Shown here: positions 19,372-27,736 of the stretch, one piece after another
Layout: the number at the start of each line of letters is the position of its first letter
How positions within the stretch are numbered: the first letter of the stretch is position 1
NCBI GenBank assembly: GCA_963747555.1
Contig: CAVVFZ010000029.1
Coordinates: 8,876-72,875 of the forward strand
Length of the DNA: 64,000 nucleotides
Direction: 5' to 3'
Source of the DNA: an uncultured delta proteobacterium
GTDB taxonomy: Bacteria; Desulfobacterota; DSM-4660; Desulfatiglandales; Desulfatiglandaceae
Notes under the pieces: generated by a model
What the model was told of the DNA's origin: nothing
Database searches by the model: none
Seen by the model: only the letters and a program-made list of their open reading frames with translations
Made by a program: the position numbers and the translations under genes

Positions 19372-20415
19372 CTATTTTCCAAAACCAGGACAGCCGGTTT
19401 TCTCACAGGGAACCGTCACTTTTTCAGCAGACACTTCCTTAGGGGTGCCCACATAGGCATGCTTGAAATAGGGATTGCTTTTGACAATCTCTGCTATCCA
19501 TATAGGCATCTGCGCCTGATGGTCGCAGGCCCGCATGGTCCATTTTCCGGCCGGACCATCGTACACCAGACCTTCCCATGCCGCAATTACTTTATCCACA
19601 TCCGTACTGCCGGCTTTCTCAATGGCCTTAAAAAGAAAAGTAGCGGCCAGATAAGCTTTGCCCTGGAGCCAGGTGGGGTAGTGCCCTTCGGTCTTTTTGA
19701 ACTGTTCCACAAACTTCTTGTTGGCCTCGGTGGGAATGGTAACCATATAGGTCTCGGCGGTTACACTGCCGGTGACGGCTTCGTCGTTGGCCACCACTTG
19801 AATGGCGTTCTCATCATTGAGATAGTAACAGGCAAACCAGGCTTTCAGGCCCATCGGTTTGGCCTGTTTGAGCAGCAGGGTGAGATCATTTCCCCAGTTG
19901 GACGTAAATACCACCTCTGCGCCCGATGCGATGATCTGGCTCACATAAGGGGCAAAATCCTTGGTGCCCATGGGGTGCATCACGGTCCCAACAATTTCGG
20001 CTTGGGGATTGAGTTCTTTGAGTTTGCTCACAAAAGCTTCCACCGCCTCTTTTCCAAAGGAGTAGTCCTGTGCGATGCAGAAGACTTTCTTGAATTTCTG
20101 ATCAGCCACCCAGTAGGCCAAGGCATAGGATTGGTTGTCGGTAGTGGCGCAGGCGCGAAAAAAATTGCGGGCGCACTTTTCTCCGGTAAGACTCGTGACG
20201 GCCATGCCATAGCTGAGCATAATGGCGTTCTTCTTGGTAGCCCAAACCGACATGGCGCCCCCCACCGAACTGCCGGTCCCCCCCATAAAGAACTTGACGC
20301 CGTCCTTCATCATGAGCTTGGTGGCCTTTTGCACGGCCACTGCAGGTTTCAATTCACTGTCCATGGGAATAACTTCAACCTTTTTTCCCAGAAGCCCACC
20401 ATTTTCATTGACCAT
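19372..20415 (-). pseudogene. LivJ/LivK-type ABC substrate-binding protein lacking its signal peptide and N-terminal ~50-60 residues
   Basis: Family-like NENGGLLGKKVEVIPMD...MGGTGSSVG, but no signal peptide. An in-frame stop lies only ~36 codons upstream, and the 5-prime end overlaps the tail of the upstream dehydrogenase fragment. Confidence 0.6.
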
Positions 20416-21168
20416 CTTGGCCGCGTACTGCGCTTTCCAAAAGCGACGAAGGCACTGTGGAACGGTCCAGACGGGGAAACAGATCTTTGTGAACGAGGCA
20501 CGTCAGGTCAAGCCCTGCCAAATCGGCAGTCTGCAAAGGCCCCAGAAACGCAAGCCTGATTCCAAAGCCATAGCGTACCACGTCGTCCACATCCTGGGGT
20601 GAGGCAATGCCTTCTTCCACCAGTTTGATGGCCTCGCGCCACAGGGCGTGCTGCATCCGGTTCCCTAAAAAACCGGGGACGTCTTTCAGCACCCTCACCG
20701 GCTTTTTGCCTACGTCCAGCAGAAGCCCGTAGACTGTTTCAAACACTTGCATACTGGTCTCCATTCCTTTTATGACCTCCACACAGGGAATAACGTAGGG
20801 TGGATTCCAGAAATGGGTTCCAACGATTCGCTCAGGACAATGGGCATCACGCGCGATTTTGGTGATGCTGATGGCAGAGGTATTGCTGGCAAGGATTGTA
20901 TCCGAAGAAACTTCTTCTTCCAGTTGGGAAAATACCTGGCGTTTTACTTCCAGCCTTTCACTCACCGCCTCAATGATCAGTTCCACCCCCTGGCAGAGTT
21001 CATTTATGCCTTCGCAGAGATCAATATGCGCAAGCGTGTTTTCAACCTATTCAGGGCCGGTCATGTTCAGCCGTATGAAAAGAGCGTCGAATACAAAAAG
21101 TTGCTGTTTCGGCGGATTGCGAATCCGGCGCCCAGCACGCCTATCTGTTTTAAATGATGCTGTACCAT
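20405..21168 (-). pseudogene. Decayed 3-hydroxyacyl-CoA dehydrogenase paralogue
   Basis: The central and C-terminal parts are intact (ELIIEAVSERLEVKR..NTSAISIT..HFWNPP). The N-terminal Rossmann region (MVQHHLKQIGVLGAG at 21168) is separated by stops and at least two frame changes, and is ~25 residues too short. Confidence 0.65.
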
Positions 21169-21181
21169 AAGACCCAACTCC

Positions 21182-21745
21182 TTAACCGAGGGGTGTAAAA
21201 ATAACCATCAGAACCTTGACCGCACCCTCACCCACCGAAACGCCTTTGTGGGGAATGCCTGAATCGAAATAGATGCAGTCTCCTTCGTGCATCATATATT
21301 CATTTTCCCCGTGAATAAATTTCATGCTTCCTTCCATAATCATCATCATCTCTTCGCCTTTATGCTGAAAAAGGGGATGTTGCTCCACTTCCCCGGGGAT
21401 GGTCAGAATATAGGGTTCCATATGTTTATGGGGGTATTTATGGGCGAGGGTTTCATAGGAATAACCGAACATGGTTCCGTCACGCGCCATGAGTTGACGG
21501 TCACCTTTCCTGACCAGAGAACAGGAAGTTTCGTCTTGCACTTCCCCCAGAATTTCGGAAATGCTCACTTGGAGGGCTTTTGAAATGTTCAGCAGAGTTG
21601 ATACAGGGGGGGCTTTGTCAGAATGTTCCACTTTCGACAAATAGCCCCTGCTTAAACCAGACTTTTGGGCCACATCCTCAAGGGTCAAGCCTCTTTCTTT
21701 TCGTATGCGCCCTATCATTTTCCCGATTTCATCTTCCGGAATCAT
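21182..21745 (-). CDS. XRE-family HTH transcriptional regulator with C-terminal cupin domain
   Basis: The HTH_3 segment IRKERGLTLEDVAQKSGLSRGYLSKVE, plus a cupin-like C-terminus (GEEMMMIMEGSMKF...GDCIYFDSGIPH). Confidence 0.85.
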   Translation of the reverse strand: MIPEDEIGKMIGRIRKERGLTLEDVAQKSGLSRGYLSKVEHSDKAPPVSTLLNISKALQVSISEILGEVQDETSCSLVRKGDRQLMARDGTMFGYSYETLAHKYPHKHMEPYILTIPGEVEQHPLFQHKGEEMMMIMEGSMKFIHGENEYMMHEGDCIYFDSGIPHKGVSVGEGAVKVLMVIFTPLG

Positions 21746-21958
21746 CTGCTCAGACCCTTTTGTAATTTCATAAAATCTCTTTCCGATGATGCTGTCAGAA
21801 GAAACAATAATTATCCTATGGGCAACAGATGCCTATTATGTTTCCATTTGTCAAGCAGAAAGTTTCCTAACAGGAACTTTTATACTGGCATAAGGAAACA
21901 ATCAATCCCCGCCTTTCGGGTATCTGATGGGGAAGGGCTTTAAGCGTGTAAGAAGAAA

Positions 21959-21985
21959 GAGAAAGGAGAGAAAGGAGAGAAAGGG
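21959..21985. repeat. Tandem 9-mer (GAGAAAGGA x3) inside a ~36-nt all-purine tract
   Basis: Direct reading of 21951-21986: agaagaaagagaaaggagagaaaggagagaaagggg. Confidence 0.8.
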
Positions 21986-22166
21986 GCAAATTATTGTTGA
22001 CAGGCTTAATCCGTGGCCGGAGTTTGGGGAAGAAGGGGGAAAAGAATTAAGGTAGTGTCTTTTTTGGCTTTGAGGGAGGGTGATGGGAACTATTGATCTG
22101 TTCCCTCCCTTTTCCGACTGAACATGCCAGACCGTTTTCAAAGATAAATTCTGTGGAGACTTGCTC

Positions 22167-23870
22167 CTATTTTTTGCCGGATCGGATGATGCTGATGATA
22201 AGCCAGATACCTAAGAGCGTGGCGATGGTATAGCCGGACAGACCGAGTAACGAAGTCAGGGAAATAGACTTTCCACCCAAAAAGCCTACGTTGAAAAGAA
22301 GTATCTTTTCGGATGCGTCAAACGCAGCGGCACCCGCGATGATCGAGGCAGCGACCAGGATGGCCAGGATCAGCCTGTTCAGTCCTCGATCCAGACGTCT
22401 TGAGATGTTATCAAATCCACTGTGACGAAGTTCCAGACTCTGTTTCCCCTGGGCGGTCTGCCGCAGGATATCATGCAGAAATTTGGGAGCGAGCCGAAGG
22501 AGCCTTCCGGCGGTCCAGGCATCTCTTCCCATGGACCGCAGAATTTTTTCCGAATCGTACCCCCGCTGCAACAAGGCCTTTGCGTAAGGTCTGATTACCA
22601 AAAGGATGCTGGCGTCACTCCCCAAAATTTTACCCAGCGCCTCCGTTTGGATAAAGGTTTTCAAGAGCAGCAGAAGGTTCTGCGGCAGCCGGATCTGATA
22701 TTTGAACAGCAGCCGGATCACCTGATCGTAAATGTCCACCACCGAAATGGTCTGAAGCGTTCGGCCGTAGAAAGGTTCGCTCATCTCCTTGAGGTCGTTT
22801 CGGAAGGCCCGCAGATCCATGTCTTCATCGATGATCCCGGTTTCCAGCAGGGATTCCATGACCAGACCGTAATCATGCTCGGCGTACCCCAAAAACAAAC
22901 GGGCGATCTGGATCATCAACTCCTCATCCAGATGGGCGGTAATGCCGAAATCCACAAGGCCTACGCGACCATCGGGCATCACGATGGTATTGCCGGGGTG
23001 GGGATCGGCATGCACGAATCCGAATTCCATCAACTGCCGGGACAGACTGCGCAGACCGATCATGGCAATCTCTTTGGGTTCAAGCCCCATTTCCCTGATG
23101 GCATCCACCTGATTCACCCGGACTCCCGGAACAAACTCCATGACCAGAACGGATTTGGTGGTCCATTCCCAATAGACTTTAGGAATGCATATTTCCTGGA
23201 TGGGCCGGTAATAATGGGAAAATTTCTCGATGCTTCCGGCCTCGATATGCATGTCGAGTTCATTAAAAATCGACCGCTCGAACTCCTTCACCACATTTCT
23301 GGCGCCGATGACCCGAGCCAATTCAAAAGCCTTTTCCAATTTCCGGGCAAGATAATACATCACCCGGATATCACTCCGGATCTGCCTGACAATGCCCGGT
23401 CGCACGACTTTCACGGCAACCTGCTCTCCGGTATTTAACCGGGCCTTGTAAACCTGGGCGATGGAGGCGGAGGCCAGGGCGGTCTCGTCAAATTCCTTGA
23501 AGGCACGGTTCAAAGACCCGCCCAGCTGTTTTTCGAGGAAAGGTTTAATCACACTGAAGGGCTGAGGAGGAACCTGATCCTGTAGCTTTTGAAGTTCCTC
23601 TATATATTGTGGTGGGAACAGATCCGCCCGGACACTCATAAGCTGCCCGAGCTTGATAAAACTGGGGCCCAGCTCGGTCAGGATATGACGCAGCCGGGCC
23701 GGGGATGGGACTGCGATGGAAGGACGTTCTTCCGCATACTTCAGGTCTCCCGCGGGACGGTTGACCAGAGCCTCGGCAAACATTCCAAAACCGTTTCGTA
23801 CCAGCACCCCGATGATGACGGCGAAACGCTTCAGGCCGTTAATGCCGATGAAATCCTTCTCAGGTTTCAT
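22167..23870 (-). CDS. ubiB: ABC1/UbiB-family atypical kinase
   Basis: ASASIAQVYKARL, HADPHPGN and DFG contexts, with C-terminal TM helices; 567 aa. Confidence 0.9.
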   Translation of the reverse strand: MKPEKDFIGINGLKRFAVIIGVLVRNGFGMFAEALVNRPAGDLKYAEERPSIAVPSPARLRHILTELGPSFIKLGQLMSVRADLFPPQYIEELQKLQDQVPPQPFSVIKPFLEKQLGGSLNRAFKEFDETALASASIAQVYKARLNTGEQVAVKVVRPGIVRQIRSDIRVMYYLARKLEKAFELARVIGARNVVKEFERSIFNELDMHIEAGSIEKFSHYYRPIQEICIPKVYWEWTTKSVLVMEFVPGVRVNQVDAIREMGLEPKEIAMIGLRSLSRQLMEFGFVHADPHPGNTIVMPDGRVGLVDFGITAHLDEELMIQIARLFLGYAEHDYGLVMESLLETGIIDEDMDLRAFRNDLKEMSEPFYGRTLQTISVVDIYDQVIRLLFKYQIRLPQNLLLLLKTFIQTEALGKILGSDASILLVIRPYAKALLQRGYDSEKILRSMGRDAWTAGRLLRLAPKFLHDILRQTAQGKQSLELRHSGFDNISRRLDRGLNRLILAILVAASIIAGAAAFDASEKILLFNVGFLGGKSISLTSLLGLSGYTIATLLGIWLIISIIRSGKK

Positions 23871-23890
23871 GAGACCATTTTATTCCGGCA

Positions 23891-24115
23891 TCAACCGATT
23901 TTAGGCCATCTGATGGAAATCTCTTTAAGCTTCACGGGATCCGAAATATAGCTTTCCACATAGCCGCACTGGGTGCACACATAGTTATCCAGTGCGGCAA
24001 TGGAGGTTATGTTGACGGGAATGGAATTGCTTCCAAACGGTCCGCTCTTCAGTTTAATGTCGGAACCACAATACACCTCGTTAGAGCCGCATTTAGGGCA
24101 TTTTCCTTGTTTCAC
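23891..24115 (-). CDS. Small zinc-ribbon protein (two CxxC pairs), function unknown
   Basis: CPKCGS...CTQCGY. It lies 20 nt upstream of ubiB on the same strand. Confidence 0.6.
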   Translation of the reverse strand: MKQGKCPKCGSNEVYCGSDIKLKSGPFGSNSIPVNITSIAALDNYVCTQCGYVESYISDPVKLKEISIRWPKIG

Positions 24116-24210
24116 TTTTCACCTCTTCTCATTTAAAGGCCTCGGCAAAAACCGATCGTTTCTGAGAAATTAACTCTAATAAACATGGACCGGCTTGTCA
24201 AGATTGAAAG

Positions 24211-24930
24211 CTATTTCAGAAAGGAACTCTCGTAAAGAGGGTTATCCGCCATCCGGCGAATATCGTCTCCCAGCAGATCAAAGAGGCTGAAATCAAATCG
24301 ACAAAGCCTGGACTTCATAAAGTCTCGTTCTGAAGGGTCGGCATTGCGCAACCATTCAGTAAAATCTGCCCCATTTTCAAACTGCTGGCAGGCCAGATAG
24401 GCACACAGGTCCGCCACTCGCTTTTCCCGCGACTCAATGGAAGCCAGATACGAATCATGAAAAAATCCGGAAATTTTCAAACGACTCAGGAGATCGGGGA
24501 GAAGGGCTTCGGTTCTGGTTTCAAGAATGGTCTGTGCCTTCAGCCATTGAACCACGCCCCCTCTTGTTAAAGCCGTATGGCTGAACTGTTCCGTAAGCGC
24601 GGTGTGTCGTTCCTTGACAATGGGCTGCTGACGTCCTCGAATATGGATCAGGATACGTCTTGGGTTTAGAAGCAGATCCCCTGTCAGCGTGAACTCGCAA
24701 CTCTCGGCGTAGTTTCCCGCACAGAGGAGGACCAGCTCGTTGATGCGCGCAAGCGACAGCCAGTAGAAATGATCATGAACAAAGGAGGTTTCCTCCAGGC
24801 AGTCCAGAAATTGAATCAGCTTTTCCTCGTTCAAATTGTGTACGGCGGCCTTTTCTTCCATCATCCGGTTAAAATCAAGGATGGCGTTCTGATGCTCAAC
24901 CAGCGTGTTCGATGCAAGGTTTTGATGCAT
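24211..24930 (-). CDS. Hypothetical protein, 239 aa, no recognised domain
   Basis: A long ORF with ordinary amino-acid composition, co-oriented with the zinc-ribbon gene and ubiB. I recognised no motif. Confidence 0.55.
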   Translation of the reverse strand: MHQNLASNTLVEHQNAILDFNRMMEEKAAVHNLNEEKLIQFLDCLEETSFVHDHFYWLSLARINELVLLCAGNYAESCEFTLTGDLLLNPRRILIHIRGRQQPIVKERHTALTEQFSHTALTRGGVVQWLKAQTILETRTEALLPDLLSRLKISGFFHDSYLASIESREKRVADLCAYLACQQFENGADFTEWLRNADPSERDFMKSRLCRFDFSLFDLLGDDIRRMADNPLYESSFLK

Positions 24931-25424
24931 GATATCTTTTCCTCTTATTCCCCCGCCACATGCTTCTCCAGTTTTACCGCACAGACCATGAAATCGGGTG
25001 TTTTGGATACGGGATCAAGAAAGGGACATGTGGTCCTGACACATTTATAGTCCATAATAAATCCTCTCTTTAAGAATCAGCCAAGTTCATTATCAAGAAA
25101 TTGGCTATGCCATATACGACATATTGCATTGCAAAGTTTTCCTACCCGGGTTCGATTGTCAGGATTTCCGTTTAGGGGGATTAAAAGATATGCTTGCTTA
25201 ACATTTCCTGAAAGGAAATTCTCTTAGGAGCGTTATCCTGCGATCCCAGGCTCTGGCTGGAAAATTCCACAGCGATTTCGATAACTGAAGTTTCACATGA
25301 AGGCACCCAGTTCGTCTGCCTATATCAGAACGCTTTTAACATGTCAACACAGACATAACCGATAGATGTGCTTTTCTCTTTTTCCAGTTGCGGCATTATC
25401 CTTAGTGTGCTAAGAAATTCATTC

Positions 25425-25794
25425 ATGAATCAGGGAACCGCATTGCATATCCGCTCAAAAATCTGGATTGAGGATGAATCGGGACAGGTGGTTTTTGGTC
25501 TTGGCAGGCTCCGAATCCTTGATGCCATAGATCGCCTGGGCTCCATCCAAGGGGCGGCCAAGGAATTAAAAATGAGTTATCGGGCGATCTGGGGGAGGAT
25601 TAAGGCAACGGAAGAACGCCTTCACCAGTCCCTTGTTGGTCAGGAACGTAGGAGGGCACAGAGGAGGAGGATCCCAGTTGACGCCCTTCGCATTAAACCT
25701 GCTGGTACATTTCCGCCACCTCCATCACCGCATCACCACCCTGTCCGATTCAGAATTCGAAAAGATCATGGCGCCTCATTTTGAATCGGATTAG
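25425..25794 (+). pseudogene. ModE-N-terminal-like winged-helix regulator, frame broken by a 1-nt indel near 25623-25626
   Basis: GLGRLRILDAIDRLGSIQGAAKELKMSYRAIWGRIKATEERL is followed, in the +1 frame, by SPLLVRNVGGHRGGGSQLTPFALNLL, which is the expected family continuation. The annotated frame instead reads as Arg/Pro-rich nonsense. Confidence 0.7.
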
Positions 25795-25877
25795 CGTTCT
25801 GCTGATGATATTATCCCCCCATCACAACCGATTTTTCACCTTCTTTGGCTATCATAATTTTTTCAGGAGAGATAACC

Positions 25878-26967
25878 ATGCGGCATTATAGCGGAAAAGT
25901 GTTTCATTTTTTTAACCTTACCCCTTTGTTCTGCCTTTTCATGTTTACCACAGCACCCCTTCAGGCCATGGAAAGCAACGACTGCCTGGGCGCTATCAGC
26001 CTGCAGCTTGCAAGAGGCATGGCGATACCCCTGGAACACGTAGCCCAAAGCATCAAGGCGTTGGCCGCAGAGTACGTCCGCATCTATGAGATGACCCGGC
26101 CCATGGACCAGTCGGAAAAAGGCCTTTGGATGAAACAGCCCCTGGAAAAAGGAAAAACCATAAGTTTCCGACGATTTTCAACCGGCTCTGAACCGGCTTT
26201 TCAAGCGCCGGTTCCCGCCTATCTATTTTACGACGGCCGCAATATCACACCCCAGGTGACCCGGGAGCTAAAGACCTTTGTGGCACTGGTTCCGTTATTC
26301 AGAGTGGCCTACGAAAGCTTCCATTATTCCTGGGTCTACCTGACCACGGTTGACGAGGCCTTTTTCATCTATCCCTATCTCCCCTTAAAGGATGCAGTCA
26401 ACAATTTGCCCCCGACGGAGCAGGACTTTCTACAGGGTAGCGGATTTTGCAGGAAAGGGTTTCAGTTGGACACGGCCCTATCTCGATCTCGCGGGCGCCG
26501 GCATGATGGTAACGGTTTCCTATCCGATCTATGGCCCGGAAAAGCTCCTTGGGGTGATCTCCAGGGACATTACCCTGACGCAGCTTTCCTACAGGTTGCT
26601 GAAGCCAGTCGCGGGTCGATCCGGAAATCTGGTCAGCTTGATCATGGACAAGGAAGGTCTGGCCATCGGGACCAACAGGGCAACCGCCACGAAAGAGATC
26701 AACACGCTCAACACCGAGGCAGGCAGCGCCGTTTTATATTACCGTACCCCTCAGGGGCTCAAATCTCTTGGAAGTCGAAAAGCGGTTGGCTCGTCCAACG
26801 GCCTGTTCAACGAGGCAGGGGAGGAGGCACTGGCCTGTGTGAAAAAAGACCCGAATGCCGAGATCCGGCTTTTGGATGTAAAGGTAGGGCAAACGACACA
26901 CAAGGCGGCTGTGGCAAAAATTTCCGCAACCGGCTGGTTGTTGATTACGATTGATACCAATTCCTGA
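25878..26967 (+). pseudogene. Secreted/membrane-anchored Cache (PDC)-like sensor domain protein without output domain, frame broken near 26427-26430
   Basis: The N-terminal signal/TM is followed by ...LPPTEQDF. The sequence continues in another frame as YRVADFAGKGFSWTRPYLDLAGAGMMVTVSYPIY..LLGVISRDITL, which is a Cache signature. One extra nt sits in or next to a TTT run. Confidence 0.7.
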
Positions 26968-27028
26968 TGGGTCGCCCGTACCCATTCGGCATCGGCGACC
27001 TGTTAAGGATGAATAATAATAGCTTCGT

Positions 27029-27132
27029 TGTACCAGCATAAAAGAACCTCTCGACGGTCGATGAAGGTTTATCCAAGATGCGGCAGCAAAAAACCCTCGT
27101 GACTGCATTCGATCCATTGTTTTTGAAGTGCA
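27029..27132 (+). mobile_element. 5-prime-truncated MITE copy F (right arm only)
   Basis: GTACCAGCATAAAAGAACCTCTCGACGGTCGATGAAGGTTTATCCAAGATGCGGCAGCAAAAAACCCTCGTGAC aligns with the right arms of copies A, B and C. The terminal repeat is degenerate. Confidence 0.7.
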
Positions 27133-27334
27133 CGATTTCATAGATAAGGCGTCCATTTTCAGTGCTCTGAAAAAGACCGACGCTGTCTGGAGAGCGGCGG
27201 CTATGCTGAGAATTGGAGAGGGTACCCTTTATCGTAAGATCAAGACCCACAAACTTGAGAGCCGAAAGAAAATTTTCGTCCGCATCATATTTTTTTTGTA
27301 CAAATTTGGCTCATTGCTGATTAACATGAGATGA
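27128..27334 (+). pseudogene. Relic of the C-terminal Fis-type HTH of a sigma-54-dependent (NtrC-family) activator
   Basis: IFSALKKTDAVWRAAAMLRIGEGTLYRKIKTHKL matches the HTH_8 pattern (AL..t.gN..rAA..LGI.R.TLYRKlK). There is no AAA+ domain upstream. The ORF starts with GTG inside the truncated MITE. Confidence 0.5.
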
Positions 27335-27699
27335 GGAATGAAGGGAGTCTGGCTGGCTATAGTCCGAATCGAGGTGTCAATGAAAAACAAATGGTTAATA
27401 ATTTCATTAAATTATTTAATATTGCAAAACTCTTAAAGGGGAAACTCAGGCGGCAGTTTCTGGTCCATTTCAGGTCCACCGAATATCATTCCGCCTTGAA
27501 CAAGCGCCAAGGGAGATGCCTGCAATGTGCCAGTTGCTGCCGTTTCGTATTCCGATGCCCATTCTTGTCAAGCACCGGCCGTTGCGTAATCTACAACGCG
27601 AAGTTCAGGCCGAAAGCCTGCATACATTTTCCGTTGTGTTCCAAGGATTTGGAAGATGTCCGGGTAGCTTCCGGAAGGATTTGCGGCTATCGGTTCTAA
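27331..27699 (+). CDS. YkgJ-family (CxxCxxCC) cysteine-cluster protein
   Basis: GRCLQCASCCR...CPFL..GRCVIYNAKFRPKACIHFP. The start is uncertain (alternative ATG at 27391). Confidence 0.6.
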   Translation: MRNEGSLAGYSPNRGVNEKQMVNNFIKLFNIAKLLKGKLRRQFLVHFRSTEYHSALNKRQGRCLQCASCCRFVFRCPFLSSTGRCVIYNAKFRPKACIHFPLCSKDLEDVRVASGRICGYRF

Positions 27700-27736
27700 C
27701 CCTGTAATGTTTGCCCCGTTGCGCATTTGGGTAAAG

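Noticed and set aside
22074-22114. Hairpin GGGAGGG…CCCTCCC / GGGAAC…GTTCCC downstream of ubiB, considered as an intrinsic terminator.
   Set aside because: On the transcribed (minus) strand the stem is followed by TCAAAGCC rather than a U-run. The T-run is on the plus strand, where no gene ends.
27380-27433. 17-codon mini-ORF (MKNKWLIISLNYLILQNS) with a GAGG Shine-Dalgarno inside the 5-prime part of the YkgJ-like ORF.
   Set aside because: It is too short to evaluate from sequence alone. It may simply mean that the YkgJ-like gene starts at the downstream ATG (27391).
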